A DNA stretch of 53,342 bases from a bacterium. Its GTDB lineage: Bacteria; Bacillota_I; Bacilli_A; RF39; UBA660. The stretch lies in the NCBI GenBank assembly GCA_030539175.1, contig JAUNSN010000004.1, positions 1 through 53,342 of the forward strand. Direction: 5' to 3'. Made by a program: the position numbers and the translations under genes. The stretch's first letter is position 1, and each line of letters begins with the position of its first letter. Below are positions 29,448 to 39,515 of this stretch, piece by piece. The notes beneath the pieces were generated by a model. That model saw only the letters and a list, made by a program, of their open reading frames with translations. It had not been told where the DNA came from and did not search any database.

Positions 29448-29463
29448 TGTTTCACGTGGAACA
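29448..29463. promoter_or_regulatory. parS site 1 (TGTTTCACGTGGAACA)
   Basis: Exact reverse complement of the B. subtilis-type parS TGTTCCACGTGAAACA. Flanked by A..T to give an 18-bp element. Confidence 0.85.
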
Positions 29464-29501
29464 TGAAACCATTATAATTAATACCCCCTATCTCTTTCAT
29501 T

Positions 29502-29552
29502 ATGTTACACCTCTAACATTGTTTTAACTATTTCATGTTAGAGGTGTAACAT
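29502..29552. repeat. Inverted repeat 1: ATGTTACACCTCTAACAT - 15 nt - ATGTTAGAGGTGTAACAT
   Basis: Perfect 18-bp arms. The loop is TGTTTTAACTATTTC. On the plus strand it is followed by G-T8. Each arm is a parS-like 16-mer whose central CACGTG is replaced by CACCTC. Confidence 0.9.
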
Positions 29553-29597
29553 GTTTTTTTTGAATACATCATAAATTTTTTATAAAAACTTGATTTA

Positions 29598-29613
29598 TGT
29601 TCCACGTGAAACA
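29598..29613. promoter_or_regulatory. parS site 2 (TGTTCCACGTGAAACA)
   Basis: Exact match to the parS consensus TGTTNCACGTGAAACA. Confidence 0.85.
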
Positions 29614-29737
29614 TAACGCAGAAATTTATTTTCTGCAACATTGTTATTGTAATTTTTAAATTTCTACAGCAAAAATATTACAAAACAAACAAAAATGCTA
29701 CCATATTATATAACTAAAGTTCCTATTTCATATTTCA

Positions 29738-29753
29738 TGTTTCACGTGGAACA
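29738..29753. promoter_or_regulatory. parS site 3 (TGTTTCACGTGGAACA)
   Basis: Identical to site 1, 290 bp downstream of it. Confidence 0.85.
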
Positions 29754-29791
29754 TGAAACCATTATAATTAATACCCCCTATCTTTTTCATT

Positions 29792-29842
29792 ATGTTACAC
29801 CTCTAACATTGTTTTAACTTTGTTATGTTAGAGGTGTAACAT
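29792..29842. repeat. Inverted repeat 2 (same 18-bp arms, loop TGTTTTAACTTTGTT)
   Basis: Perfect arms, 290 bp from repeat 1. Followed by GAATTTTTTT on the plus strand. Confidence 0.9.
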
Positions 29843-29888
29843 GAATTTTTTTGAATACATCATAATTTTTTTATAAAAACTTGATTTA

Positions 29889-29904
29889 TGTTCCACGTGA
29901 AACA
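29889..29904. promoter_or_regulatory. parS site 4 (TGTTCCACGTGAAACA)
   Basis: Identical to site 2, 291 bp downstream of it. Confidence 0.85.
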
Positions 29905-30028
29905 TAGCGTAGAATTTTATTTTCTGCAACCTTGTTATTGTAATTTTTATATTTCTGACATATATACCTTGCAGTTATTAAAAAATTGCAATAAATTTTA
30001 ACAAACATCACTGCAAAAAAAGAGTCTA

Positions 30029-30044
30029 TGTTCCACGTGGAACA
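30029..30044. promoter_or_regulatory. parS site 5 (TGTTCCACGTGGAACA, perfect palindrome)
   Basis: Fully symmetric parS variant, 291 bp from site 3. Confidence 0.85.
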
Positions 30045-30081
30045 TGAGAACACAGAATTTAATAGCTTCCATTTTTTCGTC

Positions 30082-30132
30082 ATGTTACACCTCTAACATT
30101 ACTTTAACTTTTTCATGTTAGAGGTGTAACAT
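30082..30132. repeat. Inverted repeat 3 (same 18-bp arms, loop TACTTTAACTTTTTC)
   Basis: Perfect arms, 290 bp from repeat 2. The flanks are diverged, but the arms and the loop core TTTAACT are conserved. Confidence 0.9.
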
Positions 30133-30179
30133 AAAGTTTTCTTAATACTTCATGAATTTTGAACAAAATACCTAATCTA

Positions 30180-30195
30180 TGTTCCACGTGGAACA
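30180..30195. promoter_or_regulatory. parS site 6 (TGTTCCACGTGGAACA, perfect palindrome)
   Basis: Fully symmetric parS variant, 291 bp from site 4. Confidence 0.85.
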
Positions 30196-30330
30196 TGATG
30201 TAAAAAATCATTTTTAGCACTAATTTAAATGCAGTTATTGTTTTTCTGCTACTGTTAATACACAGTATTTAAAAAGTTGCAACATTTATTCAATAACAAA
30301 TTATAATTAACAAAAATATCCACAGTATTA

Positions 30331-30368
30331 CAAAAAAATGTAGGTTATATTACCAAATACAACCTACA
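30331..30368 (-). terminator. Intrinsic terminator after gyrA
   Basis: The minus strand reads TGTAGGTT-(14 nt)-AACCTACA followed by TTTTTTT, 15 nt after the gyrA stop. Confidence 0.7.
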
Positions 30369-30382
30369 CATACATTTGTTTG

Positions 30383-32845
30383 TTAAATATCGTGTGCATT
30401 CAAATCATTTTCCACAACTTCATCTTCAGCGTCTGTTTTATCGATTAGGGATGCGGATGAAACGAATTGATTATCACGTAAATTAATTAATTTTACTCCT
30501 TGAGTAACTCGGTTTAATACAGATATTTGATTAACATCCAATCTTATAACAATTCCTTCATTGGTAATAATCATCAAATCTTCATCCCCATTAACTGTTT
30601 TAAATGAAATTATATCTCCATTTTTTTCAGTAATATTTAAAGTTTTTACTCCTTTACCACCACGATTAGTTATTCGATATTCACCTATTGGAGTTCTTTT
30701 TCCATAACCACGAGTTGTAAGAACCAACACATCTTGATTTTCATTAACTACTTCTAAGCCCACTAAGTTACAAGAATCACCCAATGTAATACCTTTAACA
30801 CCAGCTGCGACTCTTCCCATTACTCTAATAGAATCCTCGTTAAATCTAACCATTCGACCGTTTGAACCAGCCATCAAAATATCACAATTACCTGTAGTTT
30901 TCTTAACAGCAATTAATTCATCATCGTCACGTAAAGTTATAAATTTCTTACCAGTAGTTCTAATGTTTTCAAATTCTGATATATCTGTACGTTTAACATA
31001 ACCTAACTTAGTTCCAAAAATTAAATATTTTTCCACATCATTATGCGATATTCGCAATATAGCCATTATTTTTTCGTTATTATCCAAAGATAATAAATTA
31101 ATAATAGGTAATCCTTTCGATTGTCTAGAAAACTCAGGTATTTCATATCCTTTAATTCGATAAACTTTTCCACAACTACTAAAGAATAATATATAATCAT
31201 GAGTAGTAGCATTAGTCATTAACTCAACATAATCTTCATCATTTGTACTCATACCTTTAATTCCTACACCACCACGATTTTGAGTTTTATAAGTATTTAA
31301 AGGCAACCGCTTTATATACCCTTTATCAGTTAAAGTTAAAACAATATTTGCAACAGGTATCAAAGACTCATCTTCTATATAATCAATAGCAGTCATATCT
31401 ATAATTGTTTTTCTATCATCACCATACTTATTTTTTATTTCTAATAATTCTTCTTTTATAATCGTTAATACCCTCTCATCACTTGACAATATATCTTTTA
31501 AATCTTTTATTAACAATTCTAATTCTTTTAATTCACCAAGTATTTTATCACGTTCTAAACCAGTTAATCGCCTCATTCTCATATCTAATATCGCTTTTGC
31601 TTGAATCTCTGTCAAAGAAAATCTATTAATCATTTCATTCATTGCATCTACATCAGTCTTTGAACTTTTTAATATTTGTACTATTTCATCAATATTATCA
31701 AGAGCTATCTTTAACCCCTCTAATATATGGGCACGATTTAAAGCCTTTTCTAAATCATACTTAGTTCTTCTAACAATAACTATTCTTTGATGCTCTAAAT
31801 ACTTCTCAAGTATTTCCTTAATATTTAAAATACGTGGCTGTCCATCAACTAAAGCTAACATATTAATCCCATACGATGTTTGCAATGATGTATGTTTATA
31901 TAAATTATTTAATACCACATTAGCATTAGCATCTCTTTTAACATCTATAACTACTTTCATACCATTACGATTAGATTCATCAACTATTGTTGCTATACCA
32001 TCAATAGTTTTTTCTTTTACCAAATCAGCAATACGACTAATTAAATTAGCTTTATTCACTTGATAGGGAATCTCAGTGATAATTATTTTATCTTTATTTC
32101 CAGTAGTATCAATATTTACTTTAGATCTTATAGTAATAGTACCCTTACCTGTAGTATATGCTTTAACAATTCCAGCATTACCCAAAATAGAAGCACCTGT
32201 TGGAAAGTCCGGACCTTTTATAACTGATATAATATCCATAATATCTACATCGGGATTATCAATTAACATAACTATTCCATCAATAACTTCTCGTAAGTTA
32301 TGTGGGGGAATATTAGTCGCCATTCCAACGGCAATACCAGTCGAACCGTTAACTAATAAATTAGGAAATCTTGCTGGTAATACGACTGGTTCTTTTTCAC
32401 TTGCATCAAAATTATCCATAAAATCAACAGTATTCTTACCTATATCACGAATCAATTCTGAAGTTATTTTTGCCATTCTTGCTTCCGTATAACGCATTGC
32501 CGCCGCGCCATCTCCATCAACACTTCCAAAATTTCCATGACCATCAACAAGTAAATACCTAATTGAAAAATCTTGAGCTAATCTTACTAATGCATCATAA
32601 ACCGAAGAATCTCCATGAGGATGATACTTACCTAAAACATCACCAACTATTCTTGCACATTTTCGATGAGGTTTGTCGGCTGTTAAACCAAGCTCGTGCA
32701 TAGAGTAAATAATTCTTCTATGTACTGGCTTAAACCCATCTCTTACATCTGGTAAAGCACGTGCGACTATAACACTCATTGCATAGTTCAAAAAAGAAGT
32801 TTGTACTTCATTTGATAAATTAATATCAATTAATTTTTCTGCCAT
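30383..32845 (-). CDS. gyrA: DNA gyrase subunit A
   Basis: 820 aa. 'DGFKPVHRR', '[17 protein letters not shown]', and the catalytic '[10 protein letters not shown]'. Confidence 0.98.
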   Translation of the reverse strand: MAEKLIDINLSNEVQTSFLNYAMSVIVARALPDVRDGFKPVHRRIIYSMHELGLTADKPHRKCARIVGDVLGKYHPHGDSSVYDALVRLAQDFSIRYLLVDGHGNFGSVDGDGAAAMRYTEARMAKITSELIRDIGKNTVDFMDNFDASEKEPVVLPARFPNLLVNGSTGIAVGMATNIPPHNLREVIDGIVMLIDNPDVDIMDIISVIKGPDFPTGASILGNAGIVKAYTTGKGTITIRSKVNIDTTGNKDKIIITEIPYQVNKANLISRIADLVKEKTIDGIATIVDESNRNGMKVVIDVKRDANANVVLNNLYKHTSLQTSYGINMLALVDGQPRILNIKEILEKYLEHQRIVIVRRTKYDLEKALNRAHILEGLKIALDNIDEIVQILKSSKTDVDAMNEMINRFSLTEIQAKAILDMRMRRLTGLERDKILGELKELELLIKDLKDILSSDERVLTIIKEELLEIKNKYGDDRKTIIDMTAIDYIEDESLIPVANIVLTLTDKGYIKRLPLNTYKTQNRGGVGIKGMSTNDEDYVELMTNATTHDYILFFSSCGKVYRIKGYEIPEFSRQSKGLPIINLLSLDNNEKIMAILRISHNDVEKYLIFGTKLGYVKRTDISEFENIRTTGKKFITLRDDDELIAVKKTTGNCDILMAGSNGRMVRFNEDSIRVMGRVAAGVKGITLGDSCNLVGLEVVNENQDVLVLTTRGYGKRTPIGEYRITNRGGKGVKTLNITEKNGDIISFKTVNGDEDLMIITNEGIVIRLDVNQISVLNRVTQGVKLINLRDNQFVSSASLIDKTDAEDEVVENDLNAHDI

Positions 32846-32857
32846 TTTATCATCCTC

Positions 32858-35868
<3,011 letters not shown>

Positions 35869-36012
35869 ATTATTTACAACTCAATCATTGTCATCACCTA
35901 TCACATTTCTTTAATTAATATGCATAATAATTATAACACAAAATCATTAAATAAACATAAAAAAAACAATATTTCTCTTTTATTTTACGGGATTTAATAA
36001 AAAAAGAAAAGA

Positions 36013-36483
36013 TTATTTATCTTTCCCAAAAGAAATGTTTCTTCGCTTTGATAATTCATTAATAAGCTTCATAATCCTAGTAATTTGATTATCAATAATA
36101 CGATAAGATACATCTAATTTTAAACTAACGTTATTAACAAATACAATAACCGTCCCACCATCATCACTATAATACTTCAAAATATTATTATAAGATATCC
36201 ACTTACAACCAAGATAATTTCTTGAAGATGCTGTTGGAAAAAATATAATATTGTTAGTTTCCTCAATAATAATTGGTGGTTTTACATTGGAAGATATAAT
36301 TGATGTAATACCTTCTTTTCTTCCCTCTAAAGAACTACCATAAAATTTACAACTATGATTAATTATAGACTTAGCTGTTGCATTGATTAAAATTTTATCA
36401 TTTCCTTCATACACATAGCTAGAATTATTATCAATGGGAAATATTGCTAAAGTATCTCGACCAATTTCATATTCCTTTATCAT
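36013..36483 (-). CDS. comK: Competence transcription factor ComK family protein
   Basis: 156 aa. 'YEIGRDTLAIFP', 'INHSCKFYGSSLEGRKEGITSIISSNVKPPIIIEETNNIIFFPTASSRNYLGCKWISYNNI' and 'VSYRIIDNQITR' align closely with B. subtilis ComK (CRFFGSSYAGRKAGT...HKPPIMVDPSNQIFLFPTLS...CGWIS). Confidence 0.9.
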   Translation of the reverse strand: MIKEYEIGRDTLAIFPIDNNSSYVYEGNDKILINATAKSIINHSCKFYGSSLEGRKEGITSIISSNVKPPIIIEETNNIIFFPTASSRNYLGCKWISYNNILKYYSDDGGTVIVFVNNVSLKLDVSYRIIDNQITRIMKLINELSKRRNISFGKDK

Positions 36484-36549
36484 AACACACCCCCTTCACA
36501 AAAAATTTGTATAAAAAATATACATGCTCCTTATTAAAGCACATATATT

Positions 36550-36576
36550 TGTCGATATATGTCGAATATTGTCGTT
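36550..36576 (+). promoter_or_regulatory. Three phased Spo0A-box-like direct repeats (TGTCGAT / TGTCGAA / TGTCGTT, exact 10-bp period)
   Basis: Read directly as TGTCGATATATGTCGAATATTGTCGTT. The 0A-box consensus is TGTCGAA. The repeats lie 67-93 bp upstream of the comK-like start, and the last one overlaps the dnaN stop codon. Confidence 0.45.
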
Positions 36577-37687
36577 AATATGTTTTTATTGGTAAGATTA
36601 ATTGAGTTAAACTAGAATCTTGCTCAGACTTTAGTATTATTGGTGTTACGTCTGTATTCATTAATAATAATATTTTTTCCGTTCCAAAACTTTTAATCGC
36701 ATCCAGCATATATTTAGAACTAAAACTAATATTTATAGAATTATCATTATCCACATCTAATTTTTCTAATGCTCGACCAATTTCAGGTGAATTAGAAGAA
36801 ATATTTAACTCACCATTATTTAATTTCATATTGATAATATTTTTATCCTTTTCTGAAGTTAATAATGATACTCTATCTATCATTTCATAAAGTTTTGTAT
36901 AACTTACCTCTAAAGAAATAGCAAAATCATTAGGAATAATATCGCTAGTTGCAGGATACTTCCCACTTAATAGCCTAGATTGAAATAAAATATTTTCCCA
37001 ATGAAACAATATTTTATTATTAAACAAATGTAATTCCAAATTTTCTTCATCCCCAATAATTTTACACAATTCTAATAAATTACGAGCTGGAATAACAATA
37101 TTAATATTCACACTACTGTCAATATCTATATTTATTTCTTTTTTAGCTAAACGATAAGAGTCAGTCGCAATCGCATCTATCACACCGTTACTAATCTTTA
37201 AATTTAAACCTGTTAAAATCGGACGTGATTCATCAACAGAAGAAGCAAATAAAGTTTGATTTATTATCTCTTTTAATGTATTACAAGATAAAACCAAAGG
37301 TTCTTTAGTCTTTTCCATATATAAATCAGGAAATTCATTAGGATTCATCCCATGTAAATTAAAATTAGAATCTTCTGCACTAATAACTAAATTATAATTA
37401 TCCACAACCTCTAATTCAATTAAGGTATTAGGCATCTTCTTTATAATCTCAACAATGTATTTTCCCTGTATAACAATACTACCAGCATTATTAATACTAG
37501 CAATATCCTTTTTATCAATAAATGCTTGAATAGAAATATCTGTATCACTAGCAAGCAAAGTTAAACCCTTCTCATTTAATTCAAACTTTATTCCCATTAA
37601 AACAGGAATCAAAGTTTTACTAGATAAAGCTTTAGAAACATAATTTAAATTATCTAATAACTTATTTTTTAAAATAACAAATTTCAT
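36575..37687 (-). CDS. dnaN: DNA polymerase III beta sliding clamp
   Basis: 'MKFVILKNKLLDNLNYVSKALS' is a typical DnaN N-terminus, and the length of about 370 aa fits. The start is set at the internal ATG. The ORF-track TTG start at 37717 adds 10 atypical residues. Confidence 0.95.
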   Translation of the reverse strand: MKFVILKNKLLDNLNYVSKALSSKTLIPVLMGIKFELNEKGLTLLASDTDISIQAFIDKKDIASINNAGSIVIQGKYIVEIIKKMPNTLIELEVVDNYNLVISAEDSNFNLHGMNPNEFPDLYMEKTKEPLVLSCNTLKEIINQTLFASSVDESRPILTGLNLKISNGVIDAIATDSYRLAKKEINIDIDSSVNINIVIPARNLLELCKIIGDEENLELHLFNNKILFHWENILFQSRLLSGKYPATSDIIPNDFAISLEVSYTKLYEMIDRVSLLTSEKDKNIINMKLNNGELNISSNSPEIGRALEKLDVDNDNSINISFSSKYMLDAIKSFGTEKILLLMNTDVTPIILKSEQDSSLTQLILPIKTY

Positions 37688-37717
37688 ATTAAGTATCATT
37701 CCTTTCACTTTGTTCAA

Positions 37718-37884
37718 AGCTCATATAGCCATAAACAATATAAATATTTTTTTTATTATATTCTTTCTTTATATTAATAATAATAACATTGTGGAAACTG
37801 TGGATAACTATTATAAACACTTTTAAAATAAGGTGAAAATTACATTTTTCACATGTGGATAAATTGTTGAAAAGTGTTTATTTA
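37718..37884. other. oriC sub-region in the dnaA-dnaN spacer: DnaA boxes plus an AT-rich unwinding candidate
   Basis: Perfect TGTGGATAA boxes at 37799-37807 and 37854-37862. A near-box TTGTGGAAA lies at 37789-37797. An almost pure A/T stretch at 37731-37788 lies on the dnaN side. Confidence 0.8.
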
Positions 37885-39237
37885 TCAACAACCTAGATTT
37901 TTCTTTAAATCTTTTAAAATAAATTTTATCTGTTCATTAGTTTTGCTTTCTTTTTTAATCTTTTCATAGGAATGCATAATAGTTGAATGATCTCTTCCAC
38001 CAAAATTAGAAGCAATTCGAGGAAAAGATTCATTAGTTAATATCCGACAATAATAAATAGCCACCTGCCTAGGAACAGTAATAGTCTTGTTTCTTTTTTT
38101 TCCTTTTAAATCATCCACAGAAACATGAAAATATTCCGCGACTACCTTTTGAATTCTAGCAATATCGTTTTTAAACATTACTTTACTAGTTAATTGATCT
38201 TTTAATGCATCAACTGCTACATCTAATGTCATTTTTCCACTATTCATCATTAAGGCAAAAGCAAATACCCTAGTAATAGCTCCCTCTAATTGTCTAATAT
38301 CACTATCAAAATTATTAGCGATATATTCAATAACCTCTTGTGGAACATCATCAGCGCCCTCTTGATGAATAATCTTTCTATTTATAATACTCACCCGTAA
38401 ATCAAAATCAGGTGGAAACAAATTAGCGGTTAATCCCCAAGAAAACCTAGTTCTAAGACGTTCCTCTAAAAGTTTTAAATCATCCACAGATCTATCAGAT
38501 GCAATAATAATTTGCTTATTAGATGTATATAATTCATTAAAAGTATGAAAGAACTCTTGTTGAGATTGAATAGCCCCTTCCAAAAACTGAATATCATCAA
38601 TTAACAAAACATCAACATTACGATATTTTTTTTTAAAACTTTCAATTAATTCATAATTATCTTTTTCTTTACTCCTAACTGTGGAAATAAAATCTGTAAC
38701 AAACATATCACTAGTAACATATAAAACTTTTTGATTAGAATTTTCAATAATATAATTACCTATTGCATGCATTAAGTGAGTTTTCCCCAGCCCACTTTTC
38801 CCATATAAAAACAGTGGATTATAAGCTTTACCTGGTTTTTCAGCAACTGACATAGCTGCCGTATAAGCAAACTTATTACTTGTACCAACCATAAAAGAAG
38901 CAAAGGTATAATTAGCACTTAAATTAGCATCACTACTACTTACATGAGGAACACCAATATCAACTTCTTTAACAACAACTTCCTGTTTTACTTCGTCCTC
39001 AGACAAATAAGTAAAATTAAAATTAGTTCCAGTTAAATTATTAAAAGTAGTAGAAATAACATTATCATAATTCTCCTGTAAATGTTTTTTATGCAAATTA
39101 AGAGGTACAACAATAGTAGCATTATTCTTTTCTAATTTAGCCAATTTCGTATCTTTAAACCAAGTCTCATAAGCTAAAGAAGAAATCTGTTCTTTAATTT
39201 GATTTAAAAAATTTCCCCATAATGCGTCTGTATTCAT
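37885..39237 (-). CDS. dnaA: Chromosomal replication initiator protein DnaA
   Basis: 'LFLYGKSGLGKTHLMHAIGN' Walker A, 'LLIDDIQFL', and the C-terminal DNA-binding 'GGRDHSTIMHSYEKI'. The start is set at the ATG after an AGGGAGGT RBS (MNTDALWGNFL...). Confidence 0.97.
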   Translation of the reverse strand: MNTDALWGNFLNQIKEQISSLAYETWFKDTKLAKLEKNNATIVVPLNLHKKHLQENYDNVISTTFNNLTGTNFNFTYLSEDEVKQEVVVKEVDIGVPHVSSSDANLSANYTFASFMVGTSNKFAYTAAMSVAEKPGKAYNPLFLYGKSGLGKTHLMHAIGNYIIENSNQKVLYVTSDMFVTDFISTVRSKEKDNYELIESFKKKYRNVDVLLIDDIQFLEGAIQSQQEFFHTFNELYTSNKQIIIASDRSVDDLKLLEERLRTRFSWGLTANLFPPDFDLRVSIINRKIIHQEGADDVPQEVIEYIANNFDSDIRQLEGAITRVFAFALMMNSGKMTLDVAVDALKDQLTSKVMFKNDIARIQKVVAEYFHVSVDDLKGKKRNKTITVPRQVAIYYCRILTNESFPRIASNFGGRDHSTIMHSYEKIKKESKTNEQIKFILKDLKKNLGC

Positions 39238-39259
39238 TATATACCTCCCTATACCCATG

Positions 39260-39446
39260 TTATCCACAACTACATTTTACCTTACTTTTTCCAAGTTGTG
39301 AAGTACTTTTTTTAATTTCCCCAGCATTTCCACAAATTATCCACAGTTTTTCCACAACGAAAACTACCATTAACAAACAGAAATCGACATTTATCCCCAA
39401 AAATCAACAAATTTCTTTTCCCCAATGTGTAAAACTGTTATCCACA
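39260..39446 (+). other. oriC sub-region upstream of dnaA: cluster of six same-orientation DnaA boxes
   Basis: Perfect TTATCCACA boxes at 39260-39268, 39337-39345 and 39438-39446. Near-boxes are ATTTCCACA at 39326-39334, TTTTCCACA at 39348-39356, and TTATCCCCA at 39391-39399. Confidence 0.85.
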
Positions 39447-39483
39447 ACCTGTTAATATCTGTGTAAAACTCAATTTTCTCTTT

Positions 39484-39515
39484 AAAAACAAGAAAAAGAC
39501 GCTCAACGCGTCTTT
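39484..39515 (-). terminator. Intrinsic terminator of the HerA-like gene
   Basis: The minus strand reads AAAGACGC-GTTGA-GCGTCTTT followed by TTCTTGTTTTT. The stem overlaps the stop codon. Confidence 0.7.

Larger units (their letters stand above)
29371..30195. repeat. Tandem array of about 3 x 290-291 bp. Each unit has two parS sites and one long inverted repeat
   Basis: Direct alignment by eye. Units 1 and 2 are near-identical over about 210 bp. Unit 3 is diverged except at the palindromes. All sites recur with a 290/291-bp period. Confidence 0.9.

Noticed and set aside
29886-30083. 65-aa minus-strand ORF inside the repeat array
   Set aside because: It spans two parS sites, has no RBS, and has no counterpart frame in the other repeat units. 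It is most likely a chance ORF in AT-rich DNA.
29502-30132. The long hairpins as ordinary terminators of flanking genes
   Set aside because: Both flanking genes (gyrA and the SRP RNA/tadA) are on the minus strand, and gyrA already has its own terminator at 30331-30368. On the minus strand the hairpins are not followed by U-tracts. The U-tracts are on the plus strand, where no gene lies upstream.
29371-30195. Could the regularly spaced repeats be a CRISPR array?
   Set aside because: The period is about 291 bp, or about 145 bp per parS, far longer than the 60-75 bp of repeat plus spacer. The conserved elements are protein-site-like palindromes that match parS. The supposed spacers are themselves repeated between units, and no cas genes are nearby.
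29207-30382. Expected rRNA operon or tRNA genes downstream of gyrA, as with rrnO in B. subtilis
   Set aside because: No 16S, 23S or 5S-like sequence and no tRNA cloverleaf is recognisable. The gap is filled by the SRP RNA, its promoter and the parS array.
39222-39455. 77-aa plus-strand ORF upstream of dnaA
   Set aside because: It is made up of the DnaA-box cluster read as codons (repeated TTATCCACA gives ...YPQL/IHSF...). It has no RBS and is antisense to the dnaA 5' end.
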